Assembly: GCA_963753345.1 (NCBI GenBank)
Contig: CAVWBU010000015.1
Coordinates: 1 to 64,000 of the forward strand
Length of the DNA stretch: 64,000 bases
Direction of reading: 5' to 3'
DNA from: an uncultured Fibrobacterota bacterium
GTDB taxonomy: Bacteria > Fibrobacterota > Chitinivibrionia > Chitinivibrionales > FEN-1185
In this document: in pieces, positions 9,701 to 18,649 of the stretch
Layout: every line of letters begins with the position of its first letter
Position numbering within the stretch: position 1 is the stretch's first letter
Made by a program: the position numbers and the translations under genes
Notes under the pieces: generated by a model
Seen by the model: the letters and a program-made list of their open reading frames with translations, nothing else
The model's database searches: none
Told to the model about the DNA's origin: nothing

Positions 9701-12690
9701 TTGCACAAAGGCTCCTGCCGGCCGACACGGCCGCCGAGGTGGGCAAGATCGAGGGGCCCGCGCTCAAGGTGATTGAAGCGGTCAACAATTACAAGACCCT
9801 GTTCCCTGCGGGCAAGTCGCTTTCCACGGTTCTTCTGTCGGCCGCCTCGGTGTATTTCAACCGGAAGATGTATGCAAACGCCGCGGAATACTACGACCTT
9901 ATTGTCAAGAAAGGGACCGTGAACGAGGAGTACTACGAGGCCGAGTTCCTCCTTGGTAAATGCCATTTCGGCAAGGAGAACTGGGATTTGGCCGCGCAGG
10001 CGTTCGAGAAGGTATGGAAAGGGTCCACCGACGCGGCCCGGCGCGCGAATGCATACAAGCTCCTGCTCCAGGCGGTGTATTCCAGCGCCAGCCAGGTGTT
10101 TGCATCGGGCGCCTTCAGCCGTGCAGGCGAGGCGTTCCTCTCCATCGACCAGAAATATCCCGGCAGCGAATACGGCGACGTGGTGCTGTTCAAGGCCGCG
10201 GAATCGTTTGAAAAAATAGAGGACTGGGCCAAAGCGTGCGACGCCTATTACCGCCTCAAGAATTCGTATCCGCAGTCCAAGCTGGCCCCGAGCGCGCTGT
10301 TCAACGCCGCAACCGACTTCGAAAAGGCGAACAAGTTCGACAAAGCTTCGGAAGCGTATGAACAGCTGGTCGCGTTGTACGCGGGGTCCGACAAGGCAAA
10401 GGACGCACTGTTCAACCTCGGGCTGTGCTACGAAAAACTAAACAAGATGGACAAGATGGCGGAGGCGAACGAACGGTACACCCAGATGTATCCTGCCGAG
10501 AAAGACGTCGAGGCGATGCTCCTGCGGTCGGCGCAATATTACTACAAGGCAAACATGTTCGAGAAGGGGACGAACGCCTACCGGAGTTACGTGCGGCGAT
10601 TTCCCCAGAGCCCGAGGGTTGTGGAAGCGCTTTTCATGATAGGCAAAATGGCATTTGAGAACAAAGACAGAGACAACGCCCTGCTGTCGTTCTCGCAAGC
10701 CGAGCAGCTCAATGCGAGGCTCACTGCGGCCAAAATGCAGGGGAATGATTATTACGCAGCGGAAGCCGCTTATTACCTGGCGAACATGAAGCGTGATGAG
10801 TTTGTTGCCATCAAGTTTGTCCAGCCCGACGCCAAGTTCAAGGCCGACCAGAAGCAGAAGGCCGCGCTTCTGACCGAGGCCACCAAGTCGTACGAGGTGG
10901 TGATGCAGTATCACAGCGAACGGCTGTTCGAGGCCGCGTACCGGATAGGGCAGATGTACGAGGATTTCGTTGATGCATGGCGGAACCAGGAACGCCCGAA
11001 ACTGCCGCCGCTTAAGCTTGCCGTGCTCGAAAAAGACATTGCGCAGGCCGCTTCGCTGTACCTGCAGAAAGCGTTTGTTCCCTATACAAAAGCACTCGAC
11101 CTTGCCAAGGGGCTCGATTCCCTGAGCGCGGAACAAAAGCTGTGGGTTTACAAAGTGAAAGTGTCTCTTGCAAAGGACTATCTGGCATCCGGGCAGTATC
11201 TTGTGGACGCCTACCTTGCCATGCAGAACGCGCCGGTGCCGCCGGAAATAAAAGACAAACCGCTGTACTATTATCAGTACATCGAGAAACTGCTCGAAAC
11301 GCTCGAGCCCATGAAATCGCAGGCGTGCGCGTATTTTCTGTCGGCGGTCAAACGGCTCGATTCGCTCAATCTCAAAGGAGAGAACAGCGAGAAATGCCTC
11401 GCCCTGTTCCAACAGACCAATTTTCTCATCGGCAACGAATACGACAAGCTCGCGGAAAAGATTCTCAAGGAGCCCGAGATTCCCGCCGGTTTTTCGGCAG
11501 CCGACCGAGAGGAGCTCTTGGCGCATCTCCAGGATATTATATACGAATTGCAGGACAAGGCGATTTTCGCCTACGAAGACGCGCTCTCCCTGCTCAAGAA
11601 GCAGAACATGGTGCCGTGCGAGTGGTCCGACAAGATCCTTCTCGGACTGGCGCGTCTCTCGCCCGACAAATACGGAAAAGAGGTTTTCAAGAAGGTTGTC
11701 GTCGCCGCCTCCAAGGACTGGTCGGTGCGCGGAGACAGCATCGCGGGATGGAAATCGAACGACGTGCCGCTCGCGGGATGGCAGCAGGCGCGCGAGGTGC
11801 AGGGACTCGTCCGTAGCGTGGCCGGCACAATGGTTCCATACATATGGCATCCCGACACGGGCGCCCGCACCTTGTACGCGTGGCAGCATGTGTTTCTTCC
11901 CGGTCTGCCCCGCGACGCCAAGTTCTACATCATGGTGTGCGGCAAGTACTGGCTCTACATCAACGGTACGCTCACCGCGAACGACACGGTGGGAAAGCGC
12001 AGCCCGCAGGTGGTCGACAGCGTGACCGGTATTCAATCGCTTGTCAAGGGCGGAGACAACGACATAGGCCTTCACGTGATAAACACCGACTCCACCTTTA
12101 AGGGGATGGCCGTTGTTTTTTCGGCGCTGCTTGACACGACGCAGCATTTCAAGCCGTCCGGAAAGTATCCTCAGAGGCAGGAGGCCGCGGCCGAAGTCCC
12201 TGTTGCACCCGCCGCTGCCGAAAAGCGGGAAAAGGCCCCTGCCGCCGCGCAGCAGGCATCCTCCGGGAAAACAGCGGCGTCGGAAGGCGTAGCGCAGCCG
12301 CCGGGCGGCGCGGTCAAAGACACCGGCGTGAAAAAGGAATCTGCCGGGCAAGCGGCTCATAATAAGAAGGGAGCGGCTGCCGCGGCCAACAAGAAAGCGC
12401 CGGCAGCAGTCAAGTACAGGAACAGCAAGGACGTGATGAACGCTATTCTGGAGTATCAGAAGAAGACCGAACTTATTGCCTCCGACATCAAGGTGGAGCA
12501 GCTTGAAGCGGAGAAACTTCGGACAGCGGCCCAGGAACTTGATGCTCAGATCGGCAAGGTCCGAGAGGAAACCGAACTACTCAAGAAAAAGCCCGACGAG
12601 AAGCAAAAGCCAGAAACAAAGCAGAAGCCTGATGAAAAGCAAAAGGCTGAGGTAAAGCAGAAGTCTGACGAAAAGCCGAACCCGAAATAG
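6706..12690 (+). CDS. Giant secreted TPR protein with a putative carbohydrate-binding beta domain and a Lys/Glu-rich tail
   Basis: 1994 aa with a signal peptide, many TPRs (YPxSxxAxxALF), a Trp-rich beta region near aa 1670-1810, an Ala/Lys linker and a coiled coil. Confidence 0.85.
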   Translation: MLQVIRRIGFCMLFAAAAAHAGDVDWMFDNALGKDYVTVPQASVVLPQDYNKAMELYKIGKYQIAVRVLENLRDLSLPDGRIDFIYFALGESYRQLKLRDLAVESYRYITRKFPSSDKVAPSYFRLLQYAYNEKDTLLTDTICTYFQQRYRMSPLFFPVLYITAKSRYDQDRYDEALHLAAQIPPKSSQYLPAQFLTALCHVQRKEWEKALLVLDFVRKSASSPEIANEAAILMADIYFNKGQFQTALEFYGKVPRSAKRYFYSLVKVSRTYLEMGKYEKARDIAKTFIQKNKTNDYFFEMVSILEQAYSKLNDKANAERMQGLIYDQLKTARLSFGIYDELSRVSDMVRVWQIMEFKAIQQKNDQLLASCRSNIDKLNTLGQKDKDLLFDIGAIASKKGGEGIPGLAERRYLDILKEKAALIHDTLVLANKTVDSLKLRLEAKTADSVAVAKLLGTTVPALDSVKQRYGAVTHEAQLVVRECLGEIQGRRQADENLQAKFVDWAFLKYQDKKVELAKMTKEVAERAQAKGKKDTLSQKSKEVVKLFSSMDVDKLQRSLVEDRSLLISHITSMQYVYPQSKYIAQLLFRLAELYFDQAADDFEVKLRAYEKKMAEGKDTTHLVFPEYDLRKVVETYDNLVRLYPRDPLAPAALFYKALSMQKLGEFDKANDVLLELTRDYPESEYYVEATMNVARYYFERPKIQGGKGYKLAEEMYHKVLYFRDSPQFVSALYGLGWCYYMEDQFDEAIAVFKYLVEEVALDFDVTKIDEKKQVTNPLLRDEAIDYIAISFDEESRIDDAVKFLQLIGNVDYAAMVLKRIAELRTEVMDYPAAVRVYRRLLAEYPQSISAPGAEENLIKVFELMNKPDSAMKERETFFSQYAKGGQWQDLVWKRDSLLVPRTDSMAISMGLYLSDASYRNADAKKDPAGYAAAAKYYAALVAKYPHDKRAADALWNLAVILDTKLDKSAQAYDDYLVFSKTTDADAARREQAALNAIAIAQRLLPADTAAEVGKIEGPALKVIEAVNNYKTLFPAGKSLSTVLLSAASVYFNRKMYANAAEYYDLIVKKGTVNEEYYEAEFLLGKCHFGKENWDLAAQAFEKVWKGSTDAARRANAYKLLLQAVYSSASQVFASGAFSRAGEAFLSIDQKYPGSEYGDVVLFKAAESFEKIEDWAKACDAYYRLKNSYPQSKLAPSALFNAATDFEKANKFDKASEAYEQLVALYAGSDKAKDALFNLGLCYEKLNKMDKMAEANERYTQMYPAEKDVEAMLLRSAQYYYKANMFEKGTNAYRSYVRRFPQSPRVVEALFMIGKMAFENKDRDNALLSFSQAEQLNARLTAAKMQGNDYYAAEAAYYLANMKRDEFVAIKFVQPDAKFKADQKQKAALLTEATKSYEVVMQYHSERLFEAAYRIGQMYEDFVDAWRNQERPKLPPLKLAVLEKDIAQAASLYLQKAFVPYTKALDLAKGLDSLSAEQKLWVYKVKVSLAKDYLASGQYLVDAYLAMQNAPVPPEIKDKPLYYYQYIEKLLETLEPMKSQACAYFLSAVKRLDSLNLKGENSEKCLALFQQTNFLIGNEYDKLAEKILKEPEIPAGFSAADREELLAHLQDIIYELQDKAIFAYEDALSLLKKQNMVPCEWSDKILLGLARLSPDKYGKEVFKKVVVAASKDWSVRGDSIAGWKSNDVPLAGWQQAREVQGLVRSVAGTMVPYIWHPDTGARTLYAWQHVFLPGLPRDAKFYIMVCGKYWLYINGTLTANDTVGKRSPQVVDSVTGIQSLVKGGDNDIGLHVINTDSTFKGMAVVFSALLDTTQHFKPSGKYPQRQEAAAEVPVAPAAAEKREKAPAAAQQASSGKTAASEGVAQPPGGAVKDTGVKKESAGQAAHNKKGAAAAANKKAPAAVKYRNSKDVMNAILEYQKKTELIASDIKVEQLEAEKLRTAAQELDAQIGKVREETELLKKKPDEKQKPETKQKPDEKQKAEVKQKSDEKPNPK
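12589..12687 (+). repeat. Intragenic 18-nt (6-aa) tandem repeat
   Basis: Encodes KPDEKQ KPETKQ KPDEKQ KAEVKQ KSDEKP. Confidence 0.7.
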
Positions 12691-12741
12691 CCGGTGTGTC
12701 TGACATCGCTCGTCACGGTCTCACTCTTCATTTTGATATGC

Positions 12742-13131
12742 CTATGGCTTGAGCACCGACACGCCGGGATCCTTCGGATCATAGTACACGGCGACCTCTT
12801 CACCGACCTCATAGTGCTCGGAAATCCTCCGCCGCAGGGCGGCGTTTCTTCTGATTTCCGGGTCGAAACTCACGTTGTTCCCCTCGTATTCCTTTCCGTC
12901 AACCAGGAACGAATACCGGATTTCCGGAATGCCTCTTCCAAACCCGGGGCGTGAGAAAAAACTGCCGGAGTCCTCCGAGCCGGGAGCAACCGTAATTTTT
13001 CCCATCGCGTGCGGCCATTTCCTGCATGCGCGTGCGTACCGGAACCATGGGAGGTATTGACGGAGCAGGAAAAGCGCGGTAAGGACAAGCAGGACAACAA
13101 TCAAAAGAAGCTGAATGATGGAAGTTAGCAT
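12742..13131 (-). CDS. DUF3592-family membrane protein
   Basis: N-terminal TM helix, then WP..G, PEIRYSFLVDGKEY and VAVYYDPKDPGVSVL. Confidence 0.75.
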   Translation of the reverse strand: MLTSIIQLLLIVVLLVLTALFLLRQYLPWFRYARACRKWPHAMGKITVAPGSEDSGSFFSRPGFGRGIPEIRYSFLVDGKEYEGNNVSFDPEIRRNAALRRRISEHYEVGEEVAVYYDPKDPGVSVLKP

Positions 13132-13341
13132 GATGGGAATGACCGAAATTGATCAGCTATGATATGAAATGCATTGCACGGACTTCGTCTGTCAACAAAC
13201 TACATTGGCGCGATGGGCCGGGGCGAAAAAACGAACCGCTTCTGAACCAGGCAATTGTTCCACAAATGTCTTTTCGCTGCCAGTCATGACATTGTATCAT
13301 ATGACTGAAATCCATGACCACGTTGAAAGGAGAACAATCCG

Positions 13342-14376
13342 ATGCCGGCCGCCTCTTCAACTTTCTTTGCAAAAGAACACATTGAATCGCATGCCCTTGC
13401 GGCGTCGCCCGCGCTCGCCGAGCAGGCGATCCACTGCCTCGAATTGGTGGCCGAACTTTCGGATGCCGGCCTTTCGTTCCAGTTCAAGGGGGGAAATTCC
13501 CTGCTTCTGGTGCTCGGCGAGCCCATGCGGTTCTCCATAGACGTCGACATCGCGACCAACGAGACCCCGGCGGCCATAGAGGCGACACTCGACAAAATTG
13601 TGCGCGACTGCGGCGTGTTCGTCAAGTGGACCAAACGCCAGCACAAGACAAAGCCCTGGTTGCCGCTTGCCAGCTACTACGTGTTCTTCAAGTCGCTGTA
13701 CGTCAAGGTCGAAGACGCGTTTATCATGCTCGACGCGCAGCTTACGCGGAGCCCCTACGCAACCAGGAGAACGCCCGTCGCGTGCGGCGAACTTTACATA
13801 AGCAAGGTGACGGCCGAAGTGCCGCTTGCCGCCAGCATCATCGGCGACAAGCTCCTCACCCTCGGACCGGAAACGCTCGGGATTCCGGTGGGCAAGGGGA
13901 AGGAATCGCAGCGGCTGAAGCACGTGTTCGACGTAAGCCGCCTCCTTGCCGAAAATCCACTCCTTGAGGACATCCGCACAAGCTTTGTCGCATGCGTTAA
14001 GCACGAGAATGCTCTGCAGGAGAAAGCGTTGACCGCCGGAAACATACTGTCGGATACCCTCCTGTTTTTCAAGCCGGTTGTGACCGCTGCGATGCCTCCG
14101 CAGATAACGCCCGGCATGCAGCCTGTTCTTGCCGAGACCATTGTGGGGCTGCTGGGGTTTGCGTCGCACCTGTTCAAAGAAGGGTACTCGTGGGCCGATC
14201 TTCGAAGGGACATGGGACGGGCGGGTCTGTGCATCACGGCGGTGTGCAGTCCCAAAGTCTCGCATGATGACTTCACAAATGCGATTGCCGCGGGGGGTGA
14301 TAATCCGGAAAAACTCTGGAGCAGCGTGACGGGATGGCTTGAGCGGGAGGAACATGGCGCAGGACCAATAATGTGA
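13342..14376 (+). CDS. AbiEii/AbiGii-family nucleotidyltransferase (type IV TA toxin-like)
   Basis: FKGGNSL...RFSIDVDI motif, plus GDKL and KHVFDV. GAAAGGAG RBS upstream. Confidence 0.8.
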   Translation: MPAASSTFFAKEHIESHALAASPALAEQAIHCLELVAELSDAGLSFQFKGGNSLLLVLGEPMRFSIDVDIATNETPAAIEATLDKIVRDCGVFVKWTKRQHKTKPWLPLASYYVFFKSLYVKVEDAFIMLDAQLTRSPYATRRTPVACGELYISKVTAEVPLAASIIGDKLLTLGPETLGIPVGKGKESQRLKHVFDVSRLLAENPLLEDIRTSFVACVKHENALQEKALTAGNILSDTLLFFKPVVTAAMPPQITPGMQPVLAETIVGLLGFASHLFKEGYSWADLRRDMGRAGLCITAVCSPKVSHDDFTNAIAAGGDNPEKLWSSVTGWLEREEHGAGPIM

Positions 14377-15032
14377 TGAACGGCAATTCCTCAGAAATGC
14401 GCTTCGCATGCAGGTTGTGCGGATCATCCCGTTGCAGTGAACTTCATCGTGACAAAGTAAGGCCGTACCTGCAGTGCGAATCCTGCGGCCTTATCTTCGT
14501 GCCCGAAAAGGTTCATCTGCCGCCGGCCGAAGAGAAGTTGCGTTATGCAAAGCATACCAACTTCGCAGGCGACAAGAGCTACGTTGCCTATCTCTCAGAC
14601 ATCGCCGCCGACATTCTCACCCTGCCGGTTACGTCGCCGCGCATTCTGGATTTCGGAAGCGGACCGGAGCATGTGCTTTCGGATATCCTCAACAGCAGGG
14701 GGGCGGTCTGCGTTCCGCATGATCCGTTGTATGGGTTTGATGCCTCAGGAGCGGCGGAAAAGTTCGATATCGTTGTTCTGTGCGAAACAATCGAACATGT
14801 GAGAAACCTTCCGAAGGAGCTTGGGCTGATTTCCCTCCTTGTCAAACCGGACGGGTATGTTTACATCCACACACAGCTGTATGACGCTGTTTCCGACATA
14901 GGCTCGTGGTGGTACCTTGTTGACGTCACGCACATCAATTTTTTCTGCGTGCGCACAATGGAGAAGGTGGGGGAGATGATCGGAAAGCGGATTCTGTCAA
15001 CGAACGGGAAGAATACTGTGGTCCTTGCATGA
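14376..15032 (+). CDS. Zinc-ribbon class I SAM-dependent methyltransferase
   Basis: CRLC...CESC, ILDFGSGP, FDIVVLCETIEHV, WWY..D.THINFF. The start overlaps the upstream stop (TGATG). Confidence 0.85.
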   Translation: MNGNSSEMRFACRLCGSSRCSELHRDKVRPYLQCESCGLIFVPEKVHLPPAEEKLRYAKHTNFAGDKSYVAYLSDIAADILTLPVTSPRILDFGSGPEHVLSDILNSRGAVCVPHDPLYGFDASGAAEKFDIVVLCETIEHVRNLPKELGLISLLVKPDGYVYIHTQLYDAVSDIGSWWYLVDVTHINFFCVRTMEKVGEMIGKRILSTNGKNTVVLA

Positions 15033-15038
15033 TCAAAT

Positions 15039-15068
15039 GAAAAAGGGATGCATCCCGCACCCTTTTTC
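15039..15068. terminator. Bidirectional intrinsic terminator between convergent genes
   Basis: AAAAGGG(A)TGC-loop-GCACCCTTTTT. Confidence 0.55.
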
Positions 15069-15094
15069 TTATTCTAGAACGACTTGTCAAACAA

Positions 15095-16993
15095 CTACTG
15101 CGACGTCTTGAGCTTGCCGATATTGGTAAGGCACATCTCGCGCCACGTTCCTTCCGGCGCCGCGGCAAGGCAGGCGTTGAAATCCCTCCTCGCCTCAGCC
15201 GCTTTCCCCATCCGCATTTCGCACTCGCCGCGGCGGAAGAAAGCGGCGGCGCAGTACTTGCTGGCATGGAAGGAGTCAATCAGCCGCGAATACCAGCGCG
15301 CCGCTTTGTCGCAATTGTTAAGGTCGCCGGCCAGGATGCAGGCGAGGTTGAACATCGACTTGTCGATGTCGGGATCGTCCGGGAACGTGGCGATCTGGCG
15401 CTCGTACGTTTCCGCGGCGACATCGTATTTGTTAAGATAGTACTGGATTTCGGCGAGCCTGCCGTAGGCGCTGTGCGCCCAGATGGCGTTGGGTTCCAGG
15501 ATGAGGAATTCCACGAGCGCCATTTCGGCCCCCTGGTAATCGCCGAGGCAGTTTGCCCGCATGGTGGCCATTTCCCACAAAAGCTGTCCCTTGTCCTGCG
15601 CGGTCTGGGCCTTCTGATACCGGTCCTCGAGCGCCTCGGAAGCCTTCTCGAAATCTCCGAGTTTCGCGTAGCAGGCGTTTATTTTCTCCATGAGGCACAT
15701 TCTGCCCTTTATGTCGACAAGGCCGCTGTTCGAAAGCGAATCGAATATGTGCAGCGCGGCCTGATATTCACCGCTTGAAATGTCGACGAGCGCTTCAATG
15801 TAGTCGGGCATGGTCTGGAGCTCGGTTTCTCTGGTTTCCGTGCTGGGCATGGAAAACAGGCGGCGGGGCCGTGGTTTTGCATGGGGCGCTGCGGGCTTTT
15901 CTGCAACCGCAAGCCGCGAAAGCGCGGCGTGCATCTCGATGACGCGGTTGTCACCGAGCGATACGGAAGTGTCCAGCGGACTGAACCCGTCGTCGCAGAT
16001 GACAAGCGAATAAGTGCCTCGCGCGGCTTTTACGATGAGCGGGGCCTTGCCGGCCATTGTGCCGTTCACCAGCACCTTTGCGCCGGAAGGCGCTGAAATG
16101 ATGTCGAGGAGGCCGCCGTTCTTGTCGTTTTCGTCGACCAGCATGCCGAGCACCGAAATATCGTGGATAGGCCGCTGGGCCGCAGAAAGCATCTGCGCCG
16201 CAGGCTCCATGCCTGCTCCCACCGAAAGCCGGCGCCCGGTTTCGACGAATGTTTCGTTACCGGGGATGCCGGACGCGGGCGCAAGCAGCACCTTGCCCTG
16301 AAACACCGACAGCGTGGTCCGGCGGTCGCCCTGCGCGCCCTGCGCATCCACCTGGAACACGGTGCCCACCACCCTGCACGACGCGCAGGGGGTGCGGATT
16401 TCGAACCTCTGTCCCGGCGCGCGCCTGCTCACTTTGACAAGCACGCTGCCTGTTGACAGATAACATATCTGGCGCGACGCGCTCGAAGCCTCCAGGGTAA
16501 GCCTGGAGCGGGGAGCGAGCGAAAGGATGCTTCCCTTGTCGAGACGGATGAATGCCGTCCCGCCTTCGGGAGTCGCAAAAACCGTTTTAGGCCGCGCGAT
16601 ATGCGCGGCCTCAACCGGACCGAGCGCGGCGATGGCCTGGGGGGCGCCTTTTCCGCCCCAGGTCACGGCGACCGTGCCCTTGACATTCACAAGTACCGCG
16701 ACGGAGGGTGAGCCGGCGCCCCGCAGCGAGACCGCGACGCCGGCGCCGGCAATCGCAATCACAAGCACGGCGGCAAAGGCCCAGGCGACAGCGGGCCGTG
16801 CGACCGCAAACGAAGGGAGCGCGAAGGGAAGAGCAAAACGCCGCTGCAAACGTTGTGGAGCGTCGAGCCGCAGAAACAGGTCGTTCTCAAGTTTCTGCCA
16901 GTCGTTTTCCGATTTCTGAGGGACACGCACTTCCCGCAACAGCTCTCCAAGGCTCTTGCGAAGAGGGAGTTTTGTGTCGGGAGGAGTTTTCAT
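15095..16993 (-). CDS. Anti-sigma factor-like protein: TM + FecR + PEGA + TPR
   Basis: TM segment, FecR motifs (FEIRTP...VVGTVFQV, TLSVFQGKV), PEGA motif (ISAPSGAKVLVNG...GKAP) and C-terminal TPRs. Confidence 0.85.
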   Translation of the reverse strand: MKTPPDTKLPLRKSLGELLREVRVPQKSENDWQKLENDLFLRLDAPQRLQRRFALPFALPSFAVARPAVAWAFAAVLVIAIAGAGVAVSLRGAGSPSVAVLVNVKGTVAVTWGGKGAPQAIAALGPVEAAHIARPKTVFATPEGGTAFIRLDKGSILSLAPRSRLTLEASSASRQICYLSTGSVLVKVSRRAPGQRFEIRTPCASCRVVGTVFQVDAQGAQGDRRTTLSVFQGKVLLAPASGIPGNETFVETGRRLSVGAGMEPAAQMLSAAQRPIHDISVLGMLVDENDKNGGLLDIISAPSGAKVLVNGTMAGKAPLIVKAARGTYSLVICDDGFSPLDTSVSLGDNRVIEMHAALSRLAVAEKPAAPHAKPRPRRLFSMPSTETRETELQTMPDYIEALVDISSGEYQAALHIFDSLSNSGLVDIKGRMCLMEKINACYAKLGDFEKASEALEDRYQKAQTAQDKGQLLWEMATMRANCLGDYQGAEMALVEFLILEPNAIWAHSAYGRLAEIQYYLNKYDVAAETYERQIATFPDDPDIDKSMFNLACILAGDLNNCDKAARWYSRLIDSFHASKYCAAAFFRRGECEMRMGKAAEARRDFNACLAAAPEGTWREMCLTNIGKLKTSQ

Positions 16994-16999
16994 ACGTTC

Positions 17000-17638
17000 C
17001 TATCCTGCCGTTCCGATATACCGTGCCAGAACCTTTTCCAGAGTCTTTCTTCCGTGAAACAACCGCGATTTTACCGTTCCCAGAGGGATTCCGGTTATTG
17101 CGGCGATTTCTTCCAGCGACTTTCCTTCCATTTCGTAGAGCACCACGGTCATTCGTTTTTCCGCATCCAGTTTGTCAAGAGCGTCCTGGACCGCTCGCTC
17201 CAGTTCCTTCTGCTCGATTTCCGACGAGGGGGACGGGAACATCGCGTCGGCCTCGGTATCCGCCCGCTCCGAATCGTACACGATCTGGGGCTGGCGTTTT
17301 CGGTACTTCTTCCGCAGCTGGGTGGTGCAGACCTTGCTGCCTATCCTGTACACCCAGGTGTCGAGCGACGAGTCTCCTTTGAAAAGCGAAAGACTCTTGA
17401 ACAGCTCGATAAACACCTGCTGAATCACATCGTCCGTGTCAAACCGGGGGCCCAGCGACTTGTACACCAGGTCGTGGACCTTGAGCTTGTACCGGTTGAA
17501 CAAATCCCGCTGGGCCTTGCGATCGTTTTTCAAACACTGCTGCACAACCAGCAAGGTTTCATGCTCCATCAGGCCCTCAACCGCCGCTTGGCTCCCGGTT
17601 CCATCAGTATAGTCGCTGGATTGTGTCATTTGTTTCAA
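17000..17638 (-). CDS. ECF RNA polymerase sigma factor
   Basis: DDVIQQVFI, FKGDSSLDTWVYRI, SLEEIAAITGIPLGTVKSRLFHGR. Confidence 0.92.
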   Translation of the reverse strand: MKQMTQSSDYTDGTGSQAAVEGLMEHETLLVVQQCLKNDRKAQRDLFNRYKLKVHDLVYKSLGPRFDTDDVIQQVFIELFKSLSLFKGDSSLDTWVYRIGSKVCTTQLRKKYRKRQPQIVYDSERADTEADAMFPSPSSEIEQKELERAVQDALDKLDAEKRMTVVLYEMEGKSLEEIAAITGIPLGTVKSRLFHGRKTLEKVLARYIGTAG

Positions 17639-17829
17639 TAAATTGTCGTCGCAGTGATGACCCTGTGCGTGGGTTCAGATCTTTATGGCGTTTTCTGCCT
17701 GATGCTTTGATTTGATCCGATACTCACTATTGTGATGCAATACATTGATATGCGAGGAGATATTGACATCAATCCAAAACGATGATTCGCAAGCCGCAAG
17801 AAGCGGGCGGCAAAAGACTCACCCGCCGG

Positions 17830-18288
17830 TCAATAAAAACTTTTTGACCTTGGGTTGTATTTCCCGACAAGAAAATCCGCTGCCTTCGGCCTTTCGCCCT
17901 CTTCGAGCACCACGGTCGTGTTGACATTGCCGCGGGGAAAAAAATCTCCCGCCAAAAGCAGCCATTTCGGATTGACAAGCCGCTTGACCGTATCGAAAAG
18001 ATGGGCGCATACGGTCTCGTGAAACGTGCCGACCATCCTGAACGAATTGAGATAAAGTTTCCACGATTTGAGTTCGATGCAGAGCCTGCCGGGCAGGTAA
18101 TGCAGGTCGATCGACGCGAAATCCGGATAGCCTGTCCGGGGGCAGACGCAGGTGAACTCGGGGAACACGATGCGGATAACGCCGCTGCATGGTTTGCGGT
18201 TGTCAAACGGCGATGCAAAGGTCTCGATGCGAGGGAGCATTTTCTTCGCAATCGCTTTGTCGAGGAGGACCATGGTGTCTTTGAACAT
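17830..18288 (-). CDS. queF: NADPH-dependent 7-cyano-7-deazaguanine (preQ0) reductase, unimodular
   Basis: PEFTCVCPRTGYPDFA, the QueF motif ELKSWKLYLNSFR, FHE, and FFPRGN. Confidence 0.92.
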   Translation of the reverse strand: MFKDTMVLLDKAIAKKMLPRIETFASPFDNRKPCSGVIRIVFPEFTCVCPRTGYPDFASIDLHYLPGRLCIELKSWKLYLNSFRMVGTFHETVCAHLFDTVKRLVNPKWLLLAGDFFPRGNVNTTVVLEEGERPKAADFLVGKYNPRSKSFY

Positions 18289-18369
18289 GGAGTATTTTTT
18301 GCTCCGGAGAATATTGGATGATTTATTGGAATTGGTGATAAGAAGAAAATAATTTCATGGACACTCCGG

Positions 18370-18566
18370 TGGGGGAGGTATCCCCCTAGGGTGCGGCTTC
18401 CGGCGCCTCCTTGATAAATACAAATATCCTTCACCCGAAGGCGCCGGCGATCCGCACCCATACCCCCTCGTGGGTAGCCCCCTAGGCAGTTGGTTGGCAA
18501 GAATGAAACTTCGGCTGCGGGGGCACCAAGAAATAGAGTTGAAAGGTTGAATAGTTGAAAAGTTGA
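18370..18566 (+). repeat. Structured intergenic element, family II, copy 1 (two stem-loop domains plus GTTGA octamer tail)
   Basis: Colinear with the reverse complement of 56976-57163. Stems GGGTGCGG/CCGCACCC and CCGGCGCCT/AGGCGCCGG. Confidence 0.7.
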
Positions 18567-18649
18567 CAGGAGAATTGTTGATCTTCTTCCTTGGAATCCG
18601 ATTGGTGTGGAAAATATGATTCGGCGGATTCTGATTTTTTTTCGCCATC

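Noticed and set aside
18289-18370. preQ1 riboswitch upstream of queF
   Set aside because: No recognisable preQ1 stem with the conserved loop and A-rich tail on the minus strand.
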